Positions 42,798 to 56,998 of a DNA stretch of 64,000 nt are shown piece by piece. Source of the stretch: the human T2T-CHM13v2.0 reference genome, Homo sapiens; the NCBI RefSeq assembly GCF_009914755.1, contig NC_060948.1. The stretch is one strand, 5' to 3'. The number at the start of each line of letters is the position of its first letter. Within the stretch, counting starts at the first letter, position 1. The notes under the pieces are model-generated. The model searched no databases. It saw only the letters and a program-made list of their open reading frames with translations, and was not told the DNA's origin. Both the position numbers and the translations under genes were made by a program.

Positions 42798-45700
42798 GAA
42801 TTCATTGGAATGGAAGGGAATGTAGTGTAATGGACAGGCCTGGAATAAAGTGGAATGCTACGGTCTCGAATGGAATAAAAATGTATGGAATGGAATGCAA
42901 TGAAACGGAATCGAATGTCATAGAATGTAATGGAATGCAAAAAAATGGAATCCAAAATCATTGACTGGAAAGGCTGGGTGTCGAAAGGAATTGACTCCAA
43001 TGGAATGGAATCGAATGGAATGGAAGTGAATAGAATCGAACTAAATCGAATGGAATGGAATTGATAGGAACGGAATGGAAAAGAATGCAATGATTTGGCA
43101 TGGAATGGAATCGAATGGCATCGAATGGAATGGAATGGAATGCAATGGAATGGAATGTATTAGAATGTAATGAACTTTAATGGAATGTACTCGAATGGAT
43201 TCGACTGGAATGGAATGTTCTGGAAGTGAATGGACTCCAATGGAATGGATTCAAAAGGAATGGAATCGTACGGAATGGAAACTAATGGAATGGAATTAAA
43301 TGGAAATGAATCAAATTGAATAGCACGGAATTGAATTGAATGGAATCGAATGCAATGGAATCTAATGAAACGGAAAGGAAAGGAATGGAATGGAATGGAA
43401 TGGGCTGGAATGGAAAGGAATCGAAACGAATGGAATGGAATCGAACTGAAGAGACTGGAATGGAATGCACTGGAATGGAAGGGAGTGTAATGGAAGGTTC
43501 TCGAAAAAAATGGAATCGAATGGAATGGAATTGAATGGAACGGAATAGAGTCGAATGGAATTGAATGGAATGGAATGGACTAGAGTGAAATGGAATTGAA
43601 CCACAAGGAATGGACAGGAATAGAATGGTCTCGAATTGAATGGAATCGTATGGAATGGCATCAAACGGAATGGAATGGACAGCCACGGAATGGAATGCAC
43701 TCGAATGCAATGGAGTCGAAACTAAAGGACTGGAATAGAATGGACTCGACTGGTACGGACTCCAATGGAATGGAATCGAATGGAAGGGAATCGATCGGAA
43801 TGGACTCGAAGGGAAAAGACTGCAATGGAAAGGTCTCGAATGGAATGGAAATTAATGGAATGGAATGGAATCGAATGAAATGGAGTCAAAAGGAATGGAA
43901 TCGAATGGCAAGAAATCGAATGTAATGGAATCGCAAGGAATTGATGTGAACGGAACGGAAAGGAATGGAATCCAAAGGAATGGAATAGAATGGAATGGAA
44001 TCGAATGGAAAGGACTCGAATGGAAATCACTCGAATCGAATGCAATTTAATAAAATAGGATCAAATGTAATGGAATGGAATGGAAAGGAATCGAAACGAA
44101 AGGAATGGAGACAGATGGAATGGAATGGAACAGAGAGCAATGGTATAGAATGGAATGGAATCATCTGGAATGGAATTGAATGGAATGGAATAATATGAAA
44201 TGGAATGGAATGGAATGGAATGGAATGCCCTTGAATTAAATGGACTGGAATGGAATGGACTCGAACAGAGTGGAATGGAAAGTGTTGAGATAGAATGGAA
44301 TGGACTCCTTTGGAATGGTCTAGTATGCAATGCAATCGACTGGCAGGGAATCAAAAGGAAGGTAATCGAATGGATTGGACTGGAATGCAATGGACTCGAA
44401 TAGATTGCAAACGGAATGCAAAGGAATGGAATGGAATATTATGGAATGGAATGGAAAGGAATGGAGTGGAATAGACTAGAGTGGAATGGAATGGACTGGA
44501 AAGAAATGGACTGGAATGGAACTTTCTTGAATGGACTGGAATCAAACGGAATGGAATGCAATGCAATCAAATGGCATGGAATAAAATAGAATGAAAGAGA
44601 ATCAAATGGAATTGAATCGAATGGAATCGAATGGATTGGAAAGGAATAGAATGGAATGGAATGGAATTGACTCAAATGGAATGGACTAGAATGGAATGGA
44701 TTCGAATGGAAGGCAAAGGAATGGAATCTATTGGAATGGACTGTAATGGAATGGAATGGAAGGGATTGGAATGGACTCGAATGGAATGGACTGCAATAGA
44801 AAGGAATCGAATGGAATGAAAAAGAATTGAATGGAATAAAACAGAATGGAATGAAATCGAATGAAATGGAAAAGAATAGAAAGGAATGGAATGAAATGGA
44901 ATGGAAAGGATTCGAATGGAATGCAATCGAATGGAATGGAATCGAACGGAATGGAATAAAATGGAAGAAAACTGGCAAGAAATGGAATCGAAATGAATGG
45001 ACTGTTATGGAACGGACTCAAAAGGAATTGAATGTAATAGAATGGAGTGGAGTGGACTCGAATATAATGGACTGGAATGGAATGAAATCACATGGAATGG
45101 GAACGAATGGAAAGGAATGGAATCGAATGGAAAGGAATCGAATGGAAGGGAATGAAATTGAATCAACAGGAATGGAAGGGAATAGAATAGACGGTAATGG
45201 AATGGACTCGAATAGAATGGACACGAATGCTCAAATTGAATGGACTCGAATGGAATGGAAACGAAAGGAATGTCATCGAATGGAATTGAATCGATTGGAA
45301 TGAAATCGCATAGAATGGAGTGGAATCAAATGGAATTGAATCGAAAGGAAAGGAAGCGAATGGACTGAAATGAAATGGAATGGAATTGAATGGAAAGTAA
45401 TGCAATGGAATAGAATGGAACGAAATTTCACGGAATGGAATCAAACTGAATGGAATCAAATCAATGGAATCAAATCAAATGGAATGGAAAGGAATTGAAT
45501 GGAGTAGATTGGATTGGATGGGATTGGAATGAAATGTACTGGAAAGGACTCGAATTTCATGAAACGGAATGGAATGAATTGGAACGGAATGGACTCGAAT
45601 GGAATGGAATGTCATGGAATGGCATCAAATGGAATGGCATCAAATGGAATGGAATCGAATGCAATGGAATGCTATGGAATGGAATGGAATGCATTGGAAT

Positions 45701-46361
45701 GGAATGTCCTCTAATGGAATGGATTCGAGTGGAATGGAATCGAATATAATGGAGTCGAATGAAATGGAATTGAAAGGAATGGGATCGAATACAATGGAAT
45801 ATACTGGAATGTAATGTAATGAACTCGAATGTAATTGACTGGAATGGAATGTAAATGAATGGAATGTAATCGAATGGAAAGTAATCCAATGGAATAGAAT
45901 CTAATGCAATAAAACCGACTCAGATAGAGTAGAATGTAATGGAATGGAGTGCAGTGCAATGGAAGGGAATGGAATTGAATGCAATGGAATGGAATGGAAT
46001 GGAATGGAATGGAATGGAATGGAATGGAATGGAATGGGATGGAATGGTATGGAATGGATAGTAATGGACTGGAGTGAAATGGACTGGAAAGGAATGGACT
46101 CAAATTGAAAGGGCTCGAAAGGAATGGAGTCAAATGGAATGGTCTGGAATGGAATGAACACGAATGTAATGCAATCCAATAGAATGGAATCGAATGGCAT
46201 GGAATATAAAGAAATGGAATCGAAGAGAATGGAAACAAATGGAATGGAATTGAATGGAATGGAATTGAATGGAATGGGAACGAATGGAGTGAAATTGTAT
46301 GCAGTAGAAGGGAATAGAATGGAATGCAAGCGAAAGGAAAGGAATGGATTGGAATGGAATG
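42798..46361 (+). repeat. DYZ1 unit U13 (3564 bp)
   Basis: Landmark spacing 42964 to 46528. Confidence 0.92.
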
Positions 46362-49300
46362 GAATTCATTGGAATGGAAGGGAATGTAGTGTAATGGACA
46401 GGCCTGGAATAAAGTGGAATGCTACGGTCTCGAATGGAATAAAAATGTATGGAATGGAATGCAATGAAACGGAATCGAATGTCATAGAATGTAATGGAAT
46501 GCAAAAAAATGGAATCCAAAATCATTGACTGGAAAGGCTGGGTGTCGAAAGGAATTGACTCCAATGGAATGGAATCGAATGGAATGGAAGTGAATAGAAT
46601 CGAACTAAATCGAATGGAATGGAATTGATAGGAACGGAATGGAAAGGAATGCAATGATTTGGCATGGAATGGAATCGAATGGCATCGAATGGAATGGAAT
46701 GGAATGCAATGGAATGGAATGTATTAGAATGTAATGAACTTTAATGGAATGTACTCGAATGGATTCGACTGGAATGGAATGTTCTGGAAGTGAATGGACT
46801 CCAATGGAATGGATTCCAAAGGAATGGAATCGTACGGAATGGAATCTAATGGAATGGAATTAAATGGAAATGAATCAAATTGAATAGCACGGAATTGAAT
46901 TGAATGGAATGGAATGCAATGGAATCTAATGAAACGGAAAGGAAACGAATGGAATGGAATGGAATGGACTGGAATGGAAAGGAATCGAAACGAATGGAAT
47001 GGAATCGAACTGAAGAGACTGGAATGGAATGCACTGGAATGGAAGGGAGTGTAATGGAAGGTTCTCGAAAAAAATGGAATCGAATGGAATGGAATTGAAT
47101 GGAACGGAATAGAGTCGAATGGAATTGAATGGAATGGAATGGACTAGAGTGAAATGGAATCGAACCACAAGGAATGGACATGAATAGAATGGTCTCGAAT
47201 TGAATGGAATCGTATGGAATGGCATCAAACGGAATGGAATGGACAGCCACGGAATGGAATGCACTCGAATGCAATGGATTCGAAACTAATGGACTGGAAT
47301 AGAATGGACTCGACTGGTACGGACTCCAATGGAATGGAATAGAATGGAAGGGAATCGAACGGAATGGACTCGAAGGGAAATGACTGCAATGGAAAGGTCT
47401 CGAATGGAATGGAAATTAATGGAATGGAATGGAATCGAATGAAATGGAGTCAAAAGGAATGGAATCGAATGGCAAGAAATCGAATGTAATGGAATCACAA
47501 GGAATTGATGTGAACGGAACGGAATGGAATGGAATCCAAAGGAATGGAATAGAATGGAATGGAATCGAATGGAAAGGACTCGAATGGAAATCACTCGAAT
47601 CGAATGCAATTTAATAAAATAGGATCAAATGTAATGGAATGGAATGGAAAGGAATCGAAACGAAAGGAATGGAGACAGATGGAATGGAATGGAACAGAGA
47701 GCAATGGTATAGAATGGAATGGAATCATCTGGAATGGAATTGAATGGAATGGAATAATATGAAATGGAATGGAATGGAATGGAATGGAATGCCCTTGAAT
47801 TAAATGGACTGGAATGGAATGGACTCGAACAGAGTGGAATGGAAAGTGTTGAGATAGAATGGAATGGACTCCTTTGGAATGGTCTAGTATGCAATGCAAT
47901 CGACTGGCAGGGAATCAAAAGGAATGTAATCGAATGGATTGGACTGGAATGCAATGGACTCGAATAGATTGCAAACGGAATGCAAAGGAATGGAATGGAA
48001 TATTATGGAATGGAATGGAAAGGAATGGAGTGGAATAGACTAGAGTGGAATGGAATGGACTGGAAAGAAATGGACTGGAATGGAACTTTCTTGAATGGAC
48101 TGGAATCAAACGGAATGGAATGCAATGCAATCAAATGGCATGGAATAAAATAGAATGAAAGAGAATCAAATGGAATTGAATCGAATGGAATCGAATGGAT
48201 TGGAAAGGAATAGAATGGAATGGAATGGAATTGACTCAAATGGAATGGACTAGAATGGAATGGATTCGAATGGAAGGCAAAGGAATGGAATCTATTGGAA
48301 TGGACTGTAATGGAATGGAATGGAAGGGATTGGAATGGACTCGAATGGAATGGACTGCAATAGAAAGGAATCGAATGGAATGAAAAAGAATTGAATGGAA
48401 TAAAACAGAATGGAATGAAATCGAATGAAATGGAAAAGAATAGAAAGGAATGGAATGAAATGGAATGGAAAGGATTCGAATGGAATGCAATCGAATGGAA
48501 TGGAATCGAACGGAATGGAATAAAATGGAAGAAAACTGGCAAGAAATGGAATCGAAATGAATGGAGTGTTATGGAACGGACTCAAAAGGAATTGAATGTA
48601 ATAGAATGGAGTGGAGTGGACTGGAATATAATGGACTGGAATGGAATGAAATCACATGGAATGGGAACGAATGGAAAGGAATGGAATCGAATGGAAAGGA
48701 ATCGAATGGAAGGGAATGAAATTGAATCAACAGGAATGGAAGGGAATAGAATAGACGGTAATGGAATGGACTCGAATAGAATGGACACGAATGCTCAAAT
48801 TGAATGGACTCGAATGGAATGGAAACGAAAGGAATGTCATCGAATGGAATTGAATCGATTGGAATGAAATCGCATAGAATGGAGTGGAATCAAATGGAAT
48901 TGAATCGAAAGGAAAGGAAGCGAATGGACTGAAATGAAATGGAATGGAATTGAATGGAAAGTAATGCAATGGAATAGAATGGAACGAAATTTCACGGAAT
49001 GGAATCAAACTGAATGGAATCAAATCAATGGAATATAATCAAATGGAATGGAAAGGAATTGAATGGAGTAGATTGGATTGGATGGGATTGGAATGAAATG
49101 TACTGGAAAGGACTCGAATTTCATGAAACGGAATGGAATGAATTGGAACGGAATGGACTCGAATGGAATGGAATGTCATGGAATGGCATCAAATGCAATG
49201 GCATCAAATGGAATGGAATCGAATGCAATGGAATGCTATGGAATGGAATGGAATGCATTGGAATGGAATGTCCTCTAATGGAATGGATTCGAGTGGAATG

Positions 49301-49900
49301 GAATCGAATATAATGGAGTCGAATGAAATGGAATTGAAAGGAATGGGATCGAATACAATGGAATATACTGGAATGTAATGTAATGAACTCGAATGTAATT
49401 GACTGGAATGGAATGTACATGAATGGAATGTAATCGAATGGAAAGTAATCCAATGGAATAGAATCTAATGCAATAAAATCGACTCAGATAGAGTAGCATG
49501 TAATGGAATGGAGTGCAGTGCAATGGAATGGAATGGAATGGAATGCAATGGAATGGAATGGAATGGAATGTGATGGGATGGAATGGTATGGAATGGATAG
49601 TAATGGACTGGAGTGAAATGGACTGGAAAGGAATGGACTCAAATTGAAAGGGCTCGAAAGGAATGGAGTCAAATGGAATGGTCTGGAATGGAATGAACAC
49701 GAATGTAATGCAATCCAATAGAATGGAATCGAATGGCATGGAATATAAAGAAATGGAATCGAAGAGAATGGAAACAAATGGAATGGAATTGAATGGAATG
49801 GAATTGAATGGAATGGGAACGAATGGAGTGAAATTGTATGCAGTAGAAGAGAATAGAATGGAATGCAAGCGAAAGGAAAGGAATGGATTGGAATGGAATG
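46362..49900 (+). repeat. DYZ1 unit U14 (3539 bp; near copy of U12)
   Basis: Landmark spacing 46528 to 50067; shares U12 diagnostic variants at +7103. Confidence 0.92.
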
Positions 49901-52900
49901 GAATTCATTGGAATGGAAGGGAATGTAGTGTAATGGACAGGCCTGGAATAAAGTGGAATGCTACGGTCTCGAATGGAATAAAAATGTATGGAATGGAATG
50001 CAATGAAACGGAATCGAATGTCATAGAATGTAATGGAATGCAAAAAAATGGAATCCAAAATCATTGACTGGAAAGGCTGGGTGTCGAAAGGAATTGACTC
50101 CAATGGAATGGAATCGAATGGAATGGAAGTGAATAGAATCGAACTAAATCGAATGGAATGGAATTGATAGGAACGGAATGGAAAAGAATGCAATGATTTG
50201 GCATGGAATGGAATCGAATGGCATCGAATGGAATGGAATGGAATGCAATGGAATGGAATGTATTAGAATGTAATGAACTTTAATGGAATGTACTCGAATG
50301 GATTCGACTGGAATGGAATGTTCTGGAAGTGAATGGACTCCAATGGAATGGATTCAAAAGGAATGGAATCGTACGGAATGGAAACTAATGGAATGGAATT
50401 AAATGGAAATGAATCAAATTGAATAGCACGGAATTGAATTGAATGGAATCGAATGCAATGCAATCTAATGAAACGGAAAGGAAAGGAATGGAATGGAATG
50501 GAATGGGCTGGAATGGAAAGGAATCGAAACGAATGGAATGGAATCGAACTGAAGAGACTGGAATGGAATGCACTGGAATGGAAGGGAGTGTAATGGAAGG
50601 TTCTCGAAAAAAATGGAATCGAATGGAATGGAATTGAATGGAACGGAATAGAGTCGAATGGAATTGAATGGAATGGAATGGACTAGAGTGAAATGGAATT
50701 GAACCACAAGGAATGGACAGGAATAGAATGGTCTCGAATTGAATGGAATCGTATGGAATGGCATCAAACGGAATGGAATGGACAGCCACGGAATGGAATG
50801 CACTCGAATGCAATGGAGTCGAAACTAAAGGACTGGAATAGAATGGACTCGACTGGTACGGACTCCAATGGAATGGAATCGAATGGAAGGGAATCGATCG
50901 GAATGGACTCGAAGGGAAAAGACTGCAATGGAAAGGTCTCGAATGGAATGGAAATTAATGGAATGGAATGGAATCGAATGAAATGGAGTCAAAAGGAATG
51001 GAATCGAATGGCAAGAAATCGAATGTAATGGAATCGCAAGGAATTGATGTGAACGGAACGGAAAGGAATGGAATCCAAAGGAATGGAATAGAATGGAATG
51101 GAATCGAATGGAAAGGACTCGAATGGAAATCACTCGAATAGAATGCAATTTAATAAAATAGGATCAAATGTAATGGAATGGAATGGAAAGGAATCGAAAC
51201 GAAAGGAATGGAGACAGATGGAATGGAATGGAACAGAGAGCAATGGTATAGAATGGAATGGAATCATCTGGAATGGAATTGAATGGAATGGAATAATATG
51301 AAATGGAATGGAATGGAATGGAATGGAATGCCCTTGAATTAAATGGACTGGAATGGAATGGACTCGAACAGAGTGGAATGGAAAGTGTTGAGATAGAATG
51401 GAATGGACTCCTTTGGAATGGTCTAGTATGCAATGCAATCGACTGGCAGGGAATCAAAAGGAATGTAATCGAATGGATTGGACTGGAATGCAATGGACTC
51501 GAATAGATTGCAAACGGAATGCAAAGGAATGGAATGGAATATTATGGAATGGAATGGAAAGGAATGGAGTGGAATAGACTAGAGTGGAATGGAATGGACT
51601 GGAAAGAAATGGACTGGAATGGAACTTTCTTGAATGGACTGGAATCAAACGGAATGGAATGCAATGCAATCAAATGGCATGGAATAAAATAGAATGAAAG
51701 AGAATCAAATGGAATTGAATCGAATGGAATCGAATGGATTGGAAAGGAATAGAATGGAATGGAATGGAATTGACTCAAATGGAATGGACTAGAATGGAAT
51801 GGATTCGAATGGAAGGCAAAGGAATGGAATCTATTGGAATGGACTGTAATGGAATGGAATGGAAGGGATTGGAATGGACTCGAATGGAATGGACTGCAAT
51901 AGAAAGGAATCGAATGGAATGAAAAAGAATTGAATGGAATAAAACAGAATGGAATGAAATCGAATGAAATGGAAAAGAATAGAAAGGAATGGAATGAAAT
52001 GGAATGGAAAGGATTCGAATGGAATGCAATCGAATGGAATGGAATCGAACGGAATGGAATAAAATGGAAGAAAACTGGCAAGAAATGGAATCGAAATGAA
52101 TGGACTGTTATGGAACGGACTCAAAAGGAATTGAATGTAATAGAATGGAGTGGAGTGGACTCGAATATAATGGACTGGAATGGAATGAAATCACATGGAA
52201 TGGGAACGAATGGAAAGGAATGGAATCGAATGGAAAGGAATCGAATGGAAGGGAATGAAATTGAATCAACAGGAATGGAAGGGAATAGAATAGACGGTAA
52301 TGGAATGGACTCGAATAGAATGGACACGAATGCTCAAATTGAATGGACTCGAATGGAATGGAAACGAAAGGAATGTCATCGAATGGAATTGAATCGATTG
52401 GAATGAAATCGCATAGAATGGAGTGGAATCAAATGGAATTGAATCGAAAGGAAAGGAAGCGAATGGACTGAAATGAAATGGAATGGAATTGAATGGAAAG
52501 TAATGCAATGGAATAGAATGGAACGAAATTTCACGGAATGGAATCAAACTGAATGGAATCAAATCAATGGAATATAATCAAATGGAATGGAAAGGAATTG
52601 AATGGAGTAGATTGGATTGGATGGGATTGGAATGAAATGTACTGGAAAGGACTCGAATTTCATGAAACGGAATGGAATGAATTGGAACGGAATGGACTCG
52701 AATGGAATGGAATGTCATGGAATGGCATCAAATGCAATGGCATCAAATGGAATGGAATCGAATGCAATGGAATGCTATGGAATGGAATGGAATGCATTGG
52801 AATGGAATGTCCTCTAATGGAATGGATTCGAGTGGAATGGAATCGAATATAATGGAGTCGAATGAAATGGAATTGAAAGGAATGGGATCGAATACAATGG

Positions 52901-53439
52901 AATATACTGGAATGTAATGTAATGAACTCGAATGTAATTGACTGGAATGGAATGTACATGAATGGAATGTAATCGAATGGAAAGTAATCCAATGGAATAG
53001 AATCTAATGCAATAAAATCGACTCAGATAGAGTAGCATGTAATGGAATGGAGTGCAGTGCAATGGAATGGAATGGAATGGAATGCAATGGAATGGAATGG
53101 AATGGAATGTGATGGGATGGAATGGTATGGAATGGATAGTAATGGACTGGAGTGAAATGGACTGGAAAGGAATGGACTCAAATTGAAAGGGCTCGAAAGG
53201 AATGGAGTCAAATGGAATGGTCTGGAATGGAATGAACACGAATGTAATGCAATCCAATAGAATGGAATCGAATGGCATGGAATATAAAGAAATGGAATCG
53301 AAGAGAATGGAAACAAATGGAATGGAATTGAATGGAATGGAATTGAATGGAATGGGAACGAATGGAGTGAAATTGTATGCAGTAGAAGAGAATAGAATGG
53401 AATGCAAGCGAAAGGAAAGGAATGGATTGGAATGGAATG
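49901..53439 (+). repeat. DYZ1 unit U15 (3539 bp)
   Basis: Landmark spacing 50067 to 53606. Confidence 0.92.
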
Positions 53440-56400
53440 GAATTCATTGGAATGGAAGGGAATGTAGTGTAATGGACAGGCCTGGAATAAAGTGGAATGC
53501 TACGGTCTCGAATGGAATAAAAATGTATGGAATGGAATGCAATGAAACGGAATCGAATGTCATAGAATGTAATGGAATGCAAAAAAATGGAATCCAAAAT
53601 CATTGACTGGAAAGGCTGGGTGTCGAAAGGAATTGACTCCAATGGAATGGAATCGAATGGAATGGAAGTGAATAGAATCGAACTAAATCGAATGGAATGG
53701 AATTGATAGGAACGGAATGGAAAAGAATGCAATGATTTGGCATGGAATGGAATCGAATGGCATCGAATGGAATGGAATGGAATGCAATGGAATGGAATGT
53801 ATTAGAATGTAATGAACTTTAATGGAATGTACTCGAATGGATTCGACTGGAATGGAATGTTCTGGAAGTGAATGGACTCCAATGGAATGGATTCAAAAGG
53901 AATGGAATCGTACGGAATGGAAACTAATGGAATGGAATTAAATGGAAATGAATCAAATTGAATAGCACGGAATTGAATTGAATGGAATCGAATGCAATGC
54001 AATCTAATGAAACGGAAAGGAAAGGAATGGAATGGAATGGAATGGGCTGGAATGGAAAGGAATCGAAACGAATGGAATGGAATCGAACTGAAGAGACTGG
54101 AATGGAATGCACTGGAATGGAAGGGAGTGTAATGGAAGGTTCTCGAAAAAAATGGAATCGAATGGAATGGAATTGAATGGAACGGAATAGAGTCGAATGG
54201 AATTGAATGGAATGGAATGGACTAGAGTGAAATGGAATTGAACCACAAGGAATGGACAGGAATAGAATGGTCTCGAATTGAATGGAATCGTATGGAATGG
54301 CATCAAACGGAATGGAATGGACAGCCACGGAATGGAATGCACTCGAATGCAATGGAGTCGAAACTAAAGGACTGGAATAGAATGGACTCGACTGGTACGG
54401 ACTCCAATGGAATGGAATCGAATGGAAGGGAATCGATCGGAATGGACTCGAAGGGAAAAGACTGCAATGGAAAGGTCTCGAATGGAATGGAAATTAATGG
54501 AATGGAATGGAATCGAATGAAATGGAGTCAAAAGGAATGGAATCGAATGGCAAGAAATCGAATGTAATGGAATCGCAAGGAATTGATGTGAACGGAACGG
54601 AAAGGAATGGAATCCAAAGGAATGGAATAGAATGGAATGGAATCGAATGGAAAGGACTCGAATGGAAATCACTCGAATAGAATGCAATTTAATAAAATAG
54701 GATCAAATGTAATGGAATGGAATGGAAAGGAATCGAAACGAAAGGAATGGAGACAGATGGAATGGAATGGAACAGAGAGCAATGGTATAGAATGGAATGG
54801 AATCATCTGGAATGGAATTGAATGGAATGGAATAATATGAAATGGAATGGAATGGAATGGAATGGAATGCCCTTGAATTAAATGGACTGGAATGGAATGG
54901 ACTCGAACAGAGTGGAATGGAAAGTGTTGAAATAGAATGGAATGGACTCGTTTGGAATGGTCTAGTATGCAATGCAATCGACTGGCAGGGAATCAAAAGG
55001 AATGTAATCGAATGGATTGGACTGGAATGCAATGGACTCGAATAGATTGGAAACGGAATACAAAGGAATGGAATGGAATAGTATCGAATGGAATGGAAAG
55101 GAATGGAGTGGAATAGACTAGAGTGGAATGGAATGGACTGGAAAGCAATGGACTGGAATGGAACTTTCTTGAATGGACTGGAATCAAACGGAATGGAATG
55201 CAATGCAATCAAATGGCATGGAATAAAATAGAATGAAAGAGAATCAAATGGAATTGAATCGAATGGAATCGAATGGATTGGAAAGGAATAGAATGGAATG
55301 GAATGGAATTGACTCAAATGGAATGGACTAGAATGGAATGGATTAGAATGGAAGGCAAAGGAATGGAATCTACTGGAATGGACTGTAATGGAATGGAATG
55401 GAAGGGATTGGAATGGACTCGAATGGAATGGACTGCAATAGAAAGGATTCGAATGGAATGAAAAAGAATTGAATGGAATAGAACAGAATGGAATCAAATC
55501 GAATGAAATGGAATGGAATAGAAAGGAATGGAATGAAATGGAATGGAAAGGATTCGAATGGAATGCAATCGAATGGAATGGAATCGAACGGAATGGAATA
55601 AAATGGAAGAAAACTGGCAAGAAATGGAATCGAAATGAATGGAGTGTTATGGAACGGACTCAAAAGGAATTGAATGTAATAGAATGGAGTGGAGTGGACT
55701 CGAATATAATGGACTGGAATGGAATGAAATCACATGGAATGGGAACGAATGGAATGGAATGGAAAGGAATGGAATCGAATGGAAAGGAATCGAATGGAAG
55801 GGAATGAAATTGAATCAACAGGAATGGAAGGGAATAGAATAGACGGTAATGGAATGGACTCGAATAGAATGGACACGAATGCTCAAATTGAATGGACTCG
55901 AATGGAATGGAAACGAAAGGAATGTCATCGAATGGAATTGAATCGATTGGAATGAAATCGCATAGAATGGAGTGGAATCAAATGGAATTGAATCGAAAGG
56001 AAAGGAAGCGAATGGACTGAAATGAAATGGAATGGAATTGAATGGAAAGTAATGCAATGGAATAGAATGGAACGAAATTTCACGGAATGGGATCAAACTG
56101 AATGGAATCAAATCAATGGAATCAAATCAAATGGAATGGAAAGGAATTGAATGGAGTAGATTGGATTGGATGGGATTGGAATGAAATGTACTGGAAAGGA
56201 CTCGAATTTCATGAAACGGAATGGAATGAATTGGAACGGAATGGACTCGAATGGAATGGAATGTCATGGAATGGCATCAAATGGAATGGCATCAAATGGA
56301 ATGGAATCGAATGCAATGGAATGCTATGGAATGGAATGGAATGCATTGGAATGGAATGTCCTCTAATGGAATGGATTCGAGTGGAATGGAATCGAATATA

Positions 56401-56998
56401 ATGGAGTCGAATGAAATGGAATTGAAAGGAATGGGATCGAATACAATGGAATATACTGGAATGTAATGTAATGAACTCGAATGTAATTGACTGGAATGGA
56501 ATGTACATGAATGGAATGTAATCGAACGGAAAGTAACCCAATGGAATAGAATCTAATGCAATAAAATCGACTCAGATAGCGTAGAATGTAATGGAATGGA
56601 GTGCAGTGCAATGGAATGGAATGGAATGGAATGCAATTGAATGGAAAGGAATGGAATGGAATGGAATGGAATGGGATGGAATGGTATGGAATGGATAGTA
56701 ATGGACTGGAGTGAAATGGACTGGAAAGGAATGGACTCAAATTGAAAGGGCTCGAAAGGAATGGAGTCAAATGGAATGGTCTGGAATGGAATGAACACGA
56801 ATGTAATGCAATCCAATAGAATGGAATCGAATGGCATGGAATATAAAGAAATGGAATCGGAGAGAATGGAAACAAATGGAATGGAATTGAATGGAATGGA
56901 ATTGAATGGAATGGGAACGAATGGAGTGAAATTGTATGCAGTAGAAGGGAATAGAATGGAATGCAAGCGAAAGGAAAGGAATGGATTGGAATGGAATG
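53440..56998 (+). repeat. DYZ1 unit U16 (3559 bp)
   Basis: Landmark spacing 53606 to 57165. Confidence 0.92.
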
